From: Sedimentisphaeraceae bacterium JB056
Lineage (GTDB): Bacteria; Planctomycetota; Phycisphaerae; Sedimentisphaerales; Sedimentisphaeraceae
NCBI GenBank assembly: GCA_044440125.1
Contig: JBITAJ010000015.1
Location: forward strand, 256,001-320,000
DNA: 64,000 nt
Direction: 5' to 3'
In this document: piece after piece, positions 9,392-19,709 of the stretch
Layout: every line of letters starts with the position of its first letter
Position numbering within the stretch: the first letter of the stretch is position 1
Notes under the pieces: model-generated
Seen by the model: only the letters and a program-made list of their open reading frames with translations
Databases searched by the model: none
Told to the model about the DNA's origin: nothing
Program-made: the position numbers and the translations under genes

Positions 9392-10327
9392 TTACTTCTG
9401 CATAGCGTTGTTTAGTATGTTGTTAGCGTCTATAGCCGCCTGTTCAATACATTTTTCCCAGTTGTCGCCAAACTGCTCTGTGTATTCTTCTTTCTCGTAA
9501 GCATAGATAATGCCGCGTGAAGAGTTTATGAGAGCACCTGTACCATCACTCTTGCAGAATCTTACGCAGTCATCTGCCTGTCCGCCCTGTGAACCGAATC
9601 CCGGTACAAGGAACCATACGTTAGGATAACGCATGCGGAGGCTCGCTGTATGCTCAGGAGTAGTGCCGCCGACAACCATTCCGATGTTGCTGTAGCCTGA
9701 CTCACCGATTCTTCTTGGCTGGCTTGCAATTTCGTTTGTGATTTCAGCCAGTATCTGATACATTGCTACGCCTTCTTTTGTTACCGCGTCCTGCAGACGG
9801 GCTGCAGAAGGGTTGCTTGCACGTACCCATACGAATATGCCGTTATTGGCATCGCTTGCTGCATCAGCGAAAGGCAGTATGCCGTCAGCACCTGCAAAGC
9901 CGTTGATTGTTATAGCATCAGGAGCTATAACATTAAGACTCTTGAATTTCGGGTCGCGAAGATGAGCATCAGCGTATGCAAGGCAGGTATGCCCGATATC
10001 GCCACGTTTAACATCACCTACAACTTCCAATCCGAGTGAATCTGCTTCAGCGATTAGGCTGTAGTATGCTTCTACACCTTCCCAGAGGTATTTTTCAAAA
10101 TACGCGATATTGAATTTAACCGCCGGTACGTGAGGGGCTACAGCTTTGAGTGTTCTTGTGCAGAACTCAATCGTAGCATCAATAACAGCTTCAATATCAT
10201 TATTTGAGCCGTAACGCTTCTTGATTTCCTCAGGAAGCCTGCTATATACAGGGTCCAAGCCCACAACGAGAGGGCTGTTTTTTGCTTTAACGGCATCGTA
10301 AAGACGATCACCAAAATGTTTTGCCAT
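9392..10327 (-). CDS. pyrF: Orotidine-5'-phosphate decarboxylase (subfamily 2)
   Basis: LVVGLDP, AVKFNIAYFE, DVKRGDIGHT, LVPGFGSQGG, NSSRGIIYA. Confidence 0.95.
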   Translation of the reverse strand: MAKHFGDRLYDAVKAKNSPLVVGLDPVYSRLPEEIKKRYGSNNDIEAVIDATIEFCTRTLKAVAPHVPAVKFNIAYFEKYLWEGVEAYYSLIAEADSLGLEVVGDVKRGDIGHTCLAYADAHLRDPKFKSLNVIAPDAITINGFAGADGILPFADAASDANNGIFVWVRASNPSAARLQDAVTKEGVAMYQILAEITNEIASQPRRIGESGYSNIGMVVGGTTPEHTASLRMRYPNVWFLVPGFGSQGGQADDCVRFCKSDGTGALINSSRGIIYAYEKEEYTEQFGDNWEKCIEQAAIDANNILNNAMQK

Positions 10328-10562
10328 AATATCTTATTCCTGAAAATATGAAATTATTCTGATTTTAATTGCCAAAAGTCTAAACTATAGTCGTTTGAAT
10401 CGATATTACAAGTTTTATCCTTTGATGTTGGGTAAAATTATGCTAATTTAATTATGTAGGCTCTGACAAAAGTCAAAAAAAGCGATATTTGCTGTCAAAA
10501 CCTTGAAAATCATTGAAAATGAAGTATATGGTTTTAGCGTGAGGGGTTCAGGAGGTCTTTTA

Positions 10563-11066
10563 ATGAGTACCAAAAATGATTATGAAGAGGCATTTAGTCT
10601 GTGGCTTGAAGAAAATAACTATAATTTCAGGCATGTCAAACAGTCTGAAAGGCTCAAAATAGGTGAAAAAAGCGTCAAGTCATTTGATTATGTGGTTGAT
10701 AACAATGGTAAAGTTTGTGTTGTAGAGTTGAAAGGTCGTGTTTTTAAGGGGGATTCCTTTGCATCGCTATCGGGCCTTCAGAACTGGGTTACCTGCGATG
10801 ATGTTGAGAGTCTTGGCGGCTGGCAGTGTATTGAGGGGGTTGACAGGGCTTTATTGGTTTTCGCTTACCGTTCTCAGAATATTGATGTTGACACTGACGG
10901 CAACGACAGTATTGAGTATAACGGCAAAGTTTATGTGTTTATTGCCATACATGTAAACAAGTACAGATCATTCATGAAGAGAAGAAGCAGGCGTTGGAAT
11001 ACGGTTGATCTGCATGCTTCGGATTTTAGAAATAGCATAATTGAATTGAAAAAGGCCTTTTACTAA
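10563..11066 (+). CDS. HYExAFE-family protein (PD-(D/E)XK-like fold)
   Basis: N-terminal NDYEEAF, KSFDYVV...VVELKGR, NWVTCDD, Y...MKRRSRRW.TV; GGAGG RBS before ATG 10563. Confidence 0.75.
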   Translation: MSTKNDYEEAFSLWLEENNYNFRHVKQSERLKIGEKSVKSFDYVVDNNGKVCVVELKGRVFKGDSFASLSGLQNWVTCDDVESLGGWQCIEGVDRALLVFAYRSQNIDVDTDGNDSIEYNGKVYVFIAIHVNKYRSFMKRRSRRWNTVDLHASDFRNSIIELKKAFY

Positions 11067-11079
11067 AAGTTTTTGCAGA

Positions 11080-11107
11080 TTGACAAAGGTCTGATTTTTG
11101 GTAAACT
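11080..11107 (+). promoter_or_regulatory. Putative sigma70-type promoter for the histidine kinase gene
   Basis: TTGACA (11080-11085), 16 nt spacer, TAAACT (11102-11107). Confidence 0.4.
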
Positions 11108-11176
11108 TAACATTGGATTGATTAGCTTGCGGAACCTCCTGAAATTTCCCATAGCCTTTGAAAGTTAAATTGTATA

Positions 11177-12916
11177 ATGTCACTTGGAACTAAAATAATA
11201 CTTCTGTTTGCTTCTTTTCTTGTACTGCATTCGCTGTTCAGTTTCGGCCTGCGTAAAGTAATTGAGGAGCCTACATACATTGAAACAGAAGAAAAAATGA
11301 TGCACAGAGAGCTTGAATGGTTTTCAAACCTGCTTGACTCTGAAGCATATGAAATCGGGCTCCTTTGTAAGAGTTTTTCTAAGCATAAAGGCCTATATGA
11401 TTACATGACCAGCGGAAGCAATGAACTTATCAAGGCTGAGCTTGAAGGAAGTATGTGTAATTCGCTCGAAGTCAATATTCTTGTTATGCTGGATGCTGAT
11501 AATAATGTTGTGTACTCGTATATTACGGATGAGGATTTTAATACACCTGTTAAGATAGACGGCTTCAGTGCGGAGCAATGGGCCGGCGGACATCCTTTAT
11601 TGGGATTTGAAGGTGGAGATGATCTTAAGACAGGTCTTATGAAGGTTCGTGAGAATGTAGTCATAGTTGCTTCATGTCCTATATCTGCTCCGGAGGATGC
11701 CTCAAATATAGTGGGAACATTAGTTTTTGGTAAACTTTTAAGCGGCAAATATCTTGAAAAACTTGCCAGTATTCATGGTATATCTATAGATGTAGTCTCT
11801 GTTGCTGATGCGGGTTTTCGCGAGGGAGAAACTATAACGGAGAATTATTTCTACATGGAAAAAGCAGGAGAGGGCAAATATAAGACGCTGCTTGCTGTAA
11901 ATAATGTTGCCGGTAAGCCGTCGCTTGCCATAAAAGCGAATATATCCTCAGACATAGCCTCTAAAAGCCGCAGGGCAAAACGTATAGCACTTGTATCCGA
12001 GCTTGGATTCGCTCTTGCAGCGGTTATGATAATGCTTTATCTGATTTACAACATAATGGGAAAAAGGCTTGAAAGGCTTATAGATCATATCATAGGGATC
12101 CGCCATAGCGGTGTACTTGTAAAGATGGTTCAGGAGTCAAGCGGTGATGAGATAGATTTGCTTGGTTATGAGTTTAACCAGATGGTTGCGAGGCTCCAGC
12201 GGGATATTGAACTTCGCATGCAGGTTGAGACTGAACTTAAGCGTTCGCTCACCGAACTTGAACGTTTTGCAGATGTGGCATCGCACGACTTGCAGGAGCC
12301 CTTGAGGTCGGTGGCAAGCTGCCTTCAGTTGCTTGAGCTGCAGTACAAAGAGAATATAGATGATCAGGGTAAGCAGCTTATAGAGTATGCTGTTCAAGGC
12401 TCGCGCAGGATGAAGACGCTTATCAAAGCATTGCTGGCCTACTCAAACATTGGCAATACCGGTCTTGAGATAGCAAAATGCGATTGTAATCAAATCATTA
12501 AAGAAGCGGTTGATGAGCTTAAAAAAGAAATTGATGATGTTGAGGCTGAAGTTATATGCGATAATCTTCCTGTAATTCAGGCCGATAAATTCAGACTGCT
12601 GCTGATGTTCACTAATATAATTGATAATGCGTTGAAATATTCAGTTCCGGGAAGAAAGCCTTTGATTCGCGTAAATTGCGAAAAAGTTGATAATTCATGG
12701 CGTTTTTCAATCTCTGACAATGGTATTGGTATAGATAAAGACTATTACCAGCAGATCTTCGTAGCTTTCAAAAGGCTGCACACTCAGGAGGAGCATGAAG
12801 GAAGCGGCATCGGCCTTGCGATTTGCCGCAGAATTGTTGAACAGCACGGCGGTAGAATATGGGTTAAATCAGAACCTGGCAAAGGTTCCACTTTCTATTT
12901 CTCAATACCCGAATAA
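11177..12916 (+). CDS. Membrane sensor histidine kinase (CHASE4-like sensor, HAMP, HisKA, HATPase_c)
   Basis: Two TM segments, DEIDLLGYEFNQMV (HAMP), ASHDLQEPLR (H box), NIIDNALKY, DNGIGI, GSGIGLAIC, GKGSTFYF. Confidence 0.93.
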   Translation: MSLGTKIILLFASFLVLHSLFSFGLRKVIEEPTYIETEEKMMHRELEWFSNLLDSEAYEIGLLCKSFSKHKGLYDYMTSGSNELIKAELEGSMCNSLEVNILVMLDADNNVVYSYITDEDFNTPVKIDGFSAEQWAGGHPLLGFEGGDDLKTGLMKVRENVVIVASCPISAPEDASNIVGTLVFGKLLSGKYLEKLASIHGISIDVVSVADAGFREGETITENYFYMEKAGEGKYKTLLAVNNVAGKPSLAIKANISSDIASKSRRAKRIALVSELGFALAAVMIMLYLIYNIMGKRLERLIDHIIGIRHSGVLVKMVQESSGDEIDLLGYEFNQMVARLQRDIELRMQVETELKRSLTELERFADVASHDLQEPLRSVASCLQLLELQYKENIDDQGKQLIEYAVQGSRRMKTLIKALLAYSNIGNTGLEIAKCDCNQIIKEAVDELKKEIDDVEAEVICDNLPVIQADKFRLLLMFTNIIDNALKYSVPGRKPLIRVNCEKVDNSWRFSISDNGIGIDKDYYQQIFVAFKRLHTQEEHEGSGIGLAICRRIVEQHGGRIWVKSEPGKGSTFYFSIPE

Positions 12917-12919
12917 TTA

Positions 12920-12958
12920 ATTGAGCCGGTCAGAGTTGTTTATTCCAACCGGCTCAAT
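12920..12958. terminator. Hairpin between convergent genes (probable bidirectional terminator)
   Basis: ATTGAGCCGGT...ACCGGCTCAAT 11-bp inverted repeat. Confidence 0.6.
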
Positions 12959-12967
12959 ATTTATAGT

Positions 12968-14110
12968 CTATTTTTCCTTTTCAGCTTCCCATTTTTTCTG
13001 AAGCTCTGCTATCTCGTCAAGACGTTCCATTATGTTCAGGTGTTGTGTGCAGGCATCCTCACATCTATGGCATTTGATGCAGTCTTTGGCATCTGCATGC
13101 CTGTCGACAAGAATTCCCCAGTTGTAATGATGCTCCATTGCCTTGAGCATTGCCTCTTCATCTTTGTTTTCAAAGAGCTTTTCGTTGTACATCTGAAGAT
13201 AACGGGCAATTGGTATATGTTTTGGGCATTCTTTCAGGCAGTAGCCGCAGCCGGTGCAGAGAGAATCCATGTTCTGGCTGACACTGTTTTTGATTCGATC
13301 TATTTCTTGAGCAGTGAAAGGTGATGCATTGTCTGCCGCTTTGCAGGCTGTGTCAATATGATCTGTTGTTGTGAAGCCATTGAGTGTTACAGTGATCTGA
13401 GGGCAGCTAACGCAGAATCGAAGAGCCGCTTCTGTTGGTGTTTCCTCTTTTTCAGTGAGAAATCCGAGATTGACTTCATTCTGCGGAATTGCTCCTCCTG
13501 CAAGAGGATTCATTGCCACTACGCCGTAGCCGCTGTCGTAAGCACTTTGTACGGCTTGCCAGCGGAAGGGGAAGTTCAGGACGTTGACTCCCAAGAGCAC
13601 GCCTTCAAATCTTCCTTCGTCAAGTATACCCTTCAATTCGTTACCCTGAAGATGCGATGAAATAGTGAGATGTTTTATCATACCACGCTCTTTGCATTCC
13701 AGCAATCCTTCGTAAAAGCCTCCATCAACTATCGCTTCTTCATAGTGACCGCGTTTACGAATGCACCATGTATAGAAAAAGTCAATATAGTCTGTTTTCA
13801 GTCTTCTAAGAGATTTTTCGACAGCTTCTATCGCTTCTTGCTTTGTTGGTGCACGGAAGGGCATGCATTTTGTGCATACATAGAAATCTTCACGTTTGCT
13901 CTTGTTTCTATCGACAAATATGCCGAAAATGTCTTCGCTCTGGTCTTCACAGTATCCGGGAGCGGTATCTAAAAAGTTTATACCGTTATCGTATGCATAC
14001 TGAATAATATCTGCGTTTTTCTCCTGACCTATGCTGAGGTCAAAACGCATACCTCCAAAACCAACGGCTGATACTTTATGACCTGTATTTCCGTATTCCT
14101 TATAAATCAT
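12968..14110 (-). CDS. Aldo/keto reductase with C-terminal 4Fe-4S dicluster domain
   Basis: VSAVGFGGMR, GINFLDTAPGY, SLRRLKTDYID, MNPLAGG; CTGCGYCLKECP and CIKCHRCEDAC. Confidence 0.92.
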   Translation of the reverse strand: MIYKEYGNTGHKVSAVGFGGMRFDLSIGQEKNADIIQYAYDNGINFLDTAPGYCEDQSEDIFGIFVDRNKSKREDFYVCTKCMPFRAPTKQEAIEAVEKSLRRLKTDYIDFFYTWCIRKRGHYEEAIVDGGFYEGLLECKERGMIKHLTISSHLQGNELKGILDEGRFEGVLLGVNVLNFPFRWQAVQSAYDSGYGVVAMNPLAGGAIPQNEVNLGFLTEKEETPTEAALRFCVSCPQITVTLNGFTTTDHIDTACKAADNASPFTAQEIDRIKNSVSQNMDSLCTGCGYCLKECPKHIPIARYLQMYNEKLFENKDEEAMLKAMEHHYNWGILVDRHADAKDCIKCHRCEDACTQHLNIMERLDEIAELQKKWEAEKEK

Positions 14111-14134
14111 TTTTGCTCCTGTTGTAAGTTAGAA

Positions 14135-15139
14135 TTATTGCTTTGGCTGCATGTTTAGATGTTCGTATGCCGCAGGGGTTACTTCTCTACCCCGTTTGGT
14201 TCGTCTCAGAAAGCCTGTTTGCAGCAAATATGGTTCTACGACATCCTCAAGGGTGTCTCTTTCCTCGCCAAGAGTAGCGGCTACTGCCTCTATGCCAGCC
14301 GGACCTCCTTCGTATACATTGATAAGTGCCTTGAGGAAAGAGCGGTCCAATTCATCAAGCCCCAAGTGGTCGATTCGCTCCATATCCAGGGACGCTTCCA
14401 CTATTTCTGTGGTAAGCTTGCCTGTACCTTTGACTTGAGCATAGTCACGTACCCTTTTGAGTAGTCTGTTAGCTATTCGCGGTGTACTCCTTGATCTTGA
14501 CGCAATCAGTTTCAGAGCATCCTGGTTACATTCCAGTTCGAGAAGTCTGGCAGAGCGGCTTACTATTTTGGTCAGCTCTTCGATTGTATAATACTCAAGA
14601 TGATAGAGCATGCCGAATCTGCTTCTAAGAGGAGAGCTTAAGAGTCCTGCTCGTGTCGTTGCTCCTATTAGCGTGAATCTTTTCAAGGGAAAGTTTATTG
14701 TTTTGGCATGAAGCCCGCTGTCTACCGTGAAGTCGACTTTAAAGTCTTCCATTGCCGGATAGATGAACTCTTCTACTGAAGCGTTCAAGCGGTGTATCTC
14801 GTCAATGAACAGGATGTCACCGGTGCTTATGTTGCTAAGCATGCCCATAACATCTCCCTGTTTTGCAAGGGCGGGGCCGGAAGTAACTCTCAGAGCCGCG
14901 TTCATCTCTGAGGCTATTACGTTTGCGAGAGTTGTTTTACCAAGTCCGGGAGGCCCGTAGAACAGTATGTGTTCCAGCGGTTCGTCACGGCCTTTGGCTG
15001 CTTGTATGGCTATCGAGAGTTTTTGCTTGACGTTTTCCTGGCCGACGCATTCATCAAGACTCTGAGGACGAAGAGCGAGATTAAAGTTCTCTTCATTTGA
15101 GCCGGTCGATTCTGCGCCTAATACTCTTTGTACAGCCAT
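14135..15139 (-). CDS. ruvB: Holliday junction branch-migration helicase RuvB
   Basis: LRPQSLDECVGQ, GPPGLGKTTLA, LFIDEIHRL, FTLIGATTRAG, TPRIANRLLKRVRD. Confidence 0.97.
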   Translation of the reverse strand: MAVQRVLGAESTGSNEENFNLALRPQSLDECVGQENVKQKLSIAIQAAKGRDEPLEHILFYGPPGLGKTTLANVIASEMNAALRVTSGPALAKQGDVMGMLSNISTGDILFIDEIHRLNASVEEFIYPAMEDFKVDFTVDSGLHAKTINFPLKRFTLIGATTRAGLLSSPLRSRFGMLYHLEYYTIEELTKIVSRSARLLELECNQDALKLIASRSRSTPRIANRLLKRVRDYAQVKGTGKLTTEIVEASLDMERIDHLGLDELDRSFLKALINVYEGGPAGIEAVAATLGEERDTLEDVVEPYLLQTGFLRRTKRGREVTPAAYEHLNMQPKQ

Positions 15140-15165
15140 GATAAAAATCCGTTCTTTATATTTTC

Positions 15166-15600
15166 TTAAACATCCAGACCGTCAATAGTAACGTCTCTGC
15201 TGCTTTGACCTGTATGTTCAATCGTTACATTTATTGTTTCAACGCCCTTTAATGCATCCTGTACCCTGTTTGCCCATTCGACCAGTACAACAGAGCCGGG
15301 GGTGCACATGTCATCAAATCCAAGATTCTCGAAATCTCTGCTTGTATCGAGTCTGTAAGCATCGATATGGTACAGATCAAGCCTGCCGTCAAGGTATTCT
15401 TTGACCAGTACAAATGTAGGGCTGCATACAAGATTAGTGTCATCGCTTTCTGCAACTCCTTTAACGATACCTTTTATAAGGTGTGTCTTGCCTGCTCCTA
15501 AGTTACCGTTTATAGCGAATACTTCGCCGCCTTTAAGCTTCTGGCCTATTTTGACACCCAGTGCTATTGTATCTTCTACACTATTTGATACTATTTTCAT
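15166..15600 (-). CDS. tsaE: tRNA threonylcarbamoyladenosine biosynthesis ATPase TsaE
   Basis: GNLGAGKT, SPTFVLVKEY, HIDAYRL, LVEWA. Confidence 0.95.
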   Translation of the reverse strand: MKIVSNSVEDTIALGVKIGQKLKGGEVFAINGNLGAGKTHLIKGIVKGVAESDDTNLVCSPTFVLVKEYLDGRLDLYHIDAYRLDTSRDFENLGFDDMCTPGSVVLVEWANRVQDALKGVETINVTIEHTGQSSRDVTIDGLDV

Positions 15601-15601
15601 T

Positions 15602-16525
15602 TTAGTCCTTCATATGATCAAAACCTGACGGTTTTATGTTTTCTAATTTACCGCTTTTAAGTTTGATTGTCAACCCCTGCCTGGTAATTGTTCCTATACG
15701 GCTTATCGGAGTTTCCATGTTCCAGTTTGTCTTCAGATTCTCATAGTCGGCAGGGCTTAACGTGAAGAGTAATTCAAAATCCTCTCCATCGTTTAGTGCT
15801 GCCTGCAGTGGATTATTTTTCTGCATGGCTGCGCTGGATATCGGAATAAGCTTTTCTTCGAGTTCCGCACCGACATTGCTCAGTCTTGTAAGATGAGTCA
15901 AATCAGTACTTATGCCGTCACTTATATCCATCATGGCAGTTGGCTTGGCAATTCTTGCTATCTCCAGTGCTTCACGTACTCGAGGGACAAAGCAGATATG
16001 CTTTCCTTCCAAAGAGCCGCCAAGAAAACCAGTGACGCATACTGCATCACCTATCTGGGCAGTACTTCGTCTGACCGGTTCTGTCTTTGCCGGTTTGGAG
16101 AGCATGGTAATATTGACTGCGAGCTTACCTTCTGGGATGCTCCAGCTTGTTATGTCACCGCCTATAAGTTTGCATCCGAACATGTCTCCGCTTTTGATTA
16201 TTCCCGAATGAAGCTTTTTAAGATCATTACTGCTGAAATCAAGCGGAAGGGCGACCGCTGCGACCGCTGCAAAAGGTATTGTTGCCATTGAAGCACAATC
16301 GCTCAGACTTGCTGCCATTGATTTATAGCCTATATCTTCAAGCGAATGGATATTGGTATCGAAATGTGTGCCGTCAAGCAGCATATCGGTAGTGATAAGA
16401 GCGCTGTCAAGACCGCCGAATCGCATCTGGGCCATGTCATCCCCTATGCCAATAGGAAAATCTACAGGATCAAGATCACTCTTTTGGGCAAAATAACCCG
16501 TTATTTTTGATTCTTTTGTGTCCAA
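15602..16525 (-). CDS. thiL: Thiamine-monophosphate kinase
   Basis: GIGDDMA, TTDMLLDGTHF, LSDCASM, IGGDIT, DISDG, GEDFELLFT. Confidence 0.93.
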   Translation of the reverse strand: MDTKESKITGYFAQKSDLDPVDFPIGIGDDMAQMRFGGLDSALITTDMLLDGTHFDTNIHSLEDIGYKSMAASLSDCASMATIPFAAVAAVALPLDFSSNDLKKLHSGIIKSGDMFGCKLIGGDITSWSIPEGKLAVNITMLSKPAKTEPVRRSTAQIGDAVCVTGFLGGSLEGKHICFVPRVREALEIARIAKPTAMMDISDGISTDLTHLTRLSNVGAELEEKLIPISSAAMQKNNPLQAALNDGEDFELLFTLSPADYENLKTNWNMETPISRIGTITRQGLTIKLKSGKLENIKPSGFDHMKD

Positions 16526-16552
16526 ATTCTACCTGTTTGATATTTTGCTGAT

Positions 16553-17932
16553 TTACAGGATACTGGTCCAATATTCTATTCGCTCTGCGGCTTGCTTGGT
16601 TCCCGATGCTCCCGGGCTGGTATATTGCTTAACAACATTAGGAGCTGTCAGGTTGTCAAATACATCCTGCTCTATTTCTTTGCACATTTGCTTGTATTCA
16701 TCAAGAGAGAGCTCTGAGAGCTTGATTTGTCTCTTTTCACAATCCGCTACGGCAGCACCTACTATACCGTGAGCCTGGCGGAATGGTACTCCCTTACGAA
16801 CCAGATACTCAGCAAGTGAGGTGGCATCAAGGAATCCTTCGTCGATATTCTCTGCAATCTTTTCTGTCTTGAACTCTGTATTTGATACAATTCCTTCCGC
16901 CATATCAAGACACATTCTTACATAGTCTGCCGCGTTGAATATGTGTATCTTATCTTCCTGCAAATCGCGGTTGTATGTAGATGGCTGGGCTTTCAGGATT
17001 GTAAGCATCGCTGTTAAAGAGCCGAATACAGCTCCGCTCTTTCCGCGTATCAGTTCAAGCATATCAGGATTACGTTTCTGCGGCATCATACTTGACGATG
17101 TGCAGTATTTATCCGCAGTGCGTATGAATCCGAATTCTGTCGTTGTATAAAGAATGAAGTCTTCCGCGAATTTTGACAGGTGTGTCATTATCATCGTAGA
17201 AGCGAATATAAACTCTGCACAGAAGTCCCTGTCGGAGACAGAGTCAATGCTGTTATAAGTTATGTCTGCAAATCCGAGTTTTTCAGCAGTGCTGTGGCGA
17301 TTTATCGGCAGGGTGCTGCCGGCTACCGCGCCGCTTCCAAGTGGGGATACGTTCAGTCTTTTCGAGCAATCACTCAGTCTGGTGTAATCACGCTGAAGCT
17401 GCTCAACAAAGCTGAGCAGGTAAGCAGCAATTACAATAGGCTGTGCACGCTGAAGGTGAGTGTAAGCAGGCATCAAGGCTTCTGTATATTTTGACGCCAG
17501 ATTTACAAACGCTTTCTGGAGTTTGCGGATCTTATTCTGTACTACCAGGATTTCATCCCGCATCCAGAGCCGCATGTCTGTCGCAACCTGATCATTCCTG
17601 CTTCGTCCGGTATGAAGTTTACGTCCTGCATCGCCTGTCTTGGCAACAAGAGCTGCTTCTATTGCCATATGTATATCTTCGAGGGATATATCGAACTCAA
17701 ATTCGCCGCTTTCGATTTCAGCCTGAACCTCAAGAAGACCTTTTTTGATGGTTTCAGCTTCTTCTTGCGTTATAATGCCTTGTTCAACAAGCATTTGTGA
17801 ATGAGCGATAGACCCCTGAATGTCATACTTATACAATCTTTTATCATATGAGAGGGATTCCACAAATGCCATAGCCAATTCATTAGGCCCGCCTTCAAGT
17901 CTGTGTTCCCAGCTTTTCTTACCTGTACTCAT
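16553..17932 (-). CDS. argH: Argininosuccinate lyase
   Basis: EDIHMAIE, LHTGRSRNDQVATD, YTHLQRAQP, SSMMPQKRNPD, GVPFRQAH. Confidence 0.97.
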   Translation of the reverse strand: MSTGKKSWEHRLEGGPNELAMAFVESLSYDKRLYKYDIQGSIAHSQMLVEQGIITQEEAETIKKGLLEVQAEIESGEFEFDISLEDIHMAIEAALVAKTGDAGRKLHTGRSRNDQVATDMRLWMRDEILVVQNKIRKLQKAFVNLASKYTEALMPAYTHLQRAQPIVIAAYLLSFVEQLQRDYTRLSDCSKRLNVSPLGSGAVAGSTLPINRHSTAEKLGFADITYNSIDSVSDRDFCAEFIFASTMIMTHLSKFAEDFILYTTTEFGFIRTADKYCTSSSMMPQKRNPDMLELIRGKSGAVFGSLTAMLTILKAQPSTYNRDLQEDKIHIFNAADYVRMCLDMAEGIVSNTEFKTEKIAENIDEGFLDATSLAEYLVRKGVPFRQAHGIVGAAVADCEKRQIKLSELSLDEYKQMCKEIEQDVFDNLTAPNVVKQYTSPGASGTKQAAERIEYWTSIL

Positions 17933-18142
17933 AGTCTTAAATTTCTGGTAAATATTTGTCTGATTTTTTGCGCAGGTATATCCTTTTTATATACCGCAGG
18001 GCCATAAATTGTATGCTAAAAACGGCCTCAATGCAACCGGAAAATAGACTATTTGACAGTCAAATACTTACTATGACATTGCTTATATTCTTGCGCATAA
18101 AATAAGGATACTTCCATTACAGCAGTACCCTTATGGATTTAT

Positions 18143-19624
18143 TTATGCTTTGACCCACTTTGTGCCTTCGGGGGTGTCTTTGAAGGTTATCCCGAATTTT
18201 GCCATAGTATCGCGGATTTCGTCGGCCTTTGCCCAGTCTTTATCGGCTCTTGCCTTTGTTCTCTGCTCTATAATTCCCTGCATGAGATAGTCAATCAGCT
18301 CATCGTCGGCTGCGGATGCAGTTTCCGGGTAGCTTTCAAGGACTATACCCAGAGCATCACCACCAAGACGGTTGAACATGTCATTGATCGCTTCAAGGGT
18401 TTGTTTTGTCTTGTTTGGTGAAGCGAGTACCTTATTGGCAAGTTTCACCATTTCATAGATCATGGACAATGCTACCGATGTGTTTATATCATCGTTCATT
18501 GCCTTTTCAAAACGGAATTTCAAACTTTCGAGCTGTTTTGTGATTTTCTCGTCAACGGTTCCGTCTGCGGCTGATTCGATGGTCTTGCGGATATTCTTAA
18601 CAGCTTCGGTTATCTTGTCAAGTCCACTTTGTGCAGCTGTCAAAGCCGCATCAGAGAAGTCAAGCGGACTGCGGTAGTGGCTGTTAAGAACAAGCATTCT
18701 CACCGCTATAGGGTCGTATTTACGGCTAAGTCTTTCGTGATCGCCGGTAAATACTTGCTTCAGATTGATGAAATTATTGAGGCTCTTGCCCATTTTGGTG
18801 CCGTCAACGGTTACCATGTTGTTATGCAGCCAGTACTTAACGAATTGTTTGCCGTTAGCTGCTTCTGACTGTGCTATTTCACATTCGTGATGAGGGAATT
18901 TGTTTTCAAGTCCGCCGCCGTGAATATCAATGGTTTCGCCGAGATATTTCATACTCATTACAGAGCATTCAAGATGCCAGCCAGGATATCCCTTACCCCA
19001 TGGGCTGTCCCACTGCATGATGTGGTTTGGCTCGGCCTTTTTCCACAAAGCGAAATCAGAAGGATTACGTTTCTCGCTTTTAACATCAACTCTCGTGCCG
19101 CTCTTCATATCGTCAAGATTACGGCCTGAAAGTTTGCCGTAGCCCTCAAAACTGGTGACATCAAAATAAACAGAGCCGTTAACCTCGTAGGCATTACCTT
19201 TTTCAATGAGAGCCTCAACCATTTTGATTTGCTCTGGTATATGTCCGGTAGCCCTTGGGCTTATATCTGGACGCAGGCAGTTTAGCTTGTCCATGTCGTT
19301 GAAGAAGCTTGCCGTATAGAATTCGGCTATTGCCATTGGATGTTTATGGATTTTCTTTGCGGCTACAGCAAGTTTGTCCTCACCTTCATCAGCATCATCT
19401 GTAAGATGTCCTACATCGGTTATATTCTGAATGTAGGTTGTGTCATAGCCAAGATAACGGAGGTAACGTACTATTACATCAAAGCTTATGTAACTTTTGG
19501 CGTGGCCTAGATGAGCGTGGCCGTAAACAGTAGGTCCGCATACGTAGACTTTAGCCTTGCCTTCTTCTACAGGTACAAAATCTTCTTTGTTTCTTGTTAA
19601 TGAGTTATAAAATTTTAATGCCAT
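18143..19624 (-). CDS. cysS: Cysteine--tRNA ligase
   Basis: CGPTVY..AHLGH (HIGH), DFALWK, PGWHLECS, HGGG...FPHHECE, KMGKS. Confidence 0.97.
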   Translation of the reverse strand: MALKFYNSLTRNKEDFVPVEEGKAKVYVCGPTVYGHAHLGHAKSYISFDVIVRYLRYLGYDTTYIQNITDVGHLTDDADEGEDKLAVAAKKIHKHPMAIAEFYTASFFNDMDKLNCLRPDISPRATGHIPEQIKMVEALIEKGNAYEVNGSVYFDVTSFEGYGKLSGRNLDDMKSGTRVDVKSEKRNPSDFALWKKAEPNHIMQWDSPWGKGYPGWHLECSVMSMKYLGETIDIHGGGLENKFPHHECEIAQSEAANGKQFVKYWLHNNMVTVDGTKMGKSLNNFINLKQVFTGDHERLSRKYDPIAVRMLVLNSHYRSPLDFSDAALTAAQSGLDKITEAVKNIRKTIESAADGTVDEKITKQLESLKFRFEKAMNDDINTSVALSMIYEMVKLANKVLASPNKTKQTLEAINDMFNRLGGDALGIVLESYPETASAADDELIDYLMQGIIEQRTKARADKDWAKADEIRDTMAKFGITFKDTPEGTKWVKA

Positions 19625-19709
19625 TTTAATATTTCCAAATTCTCAATTTTCCTGAAACCGAACATTTTAACCTAAAAACGGCAAAATGCAAATCGGTTGG
19701 AATATAATG

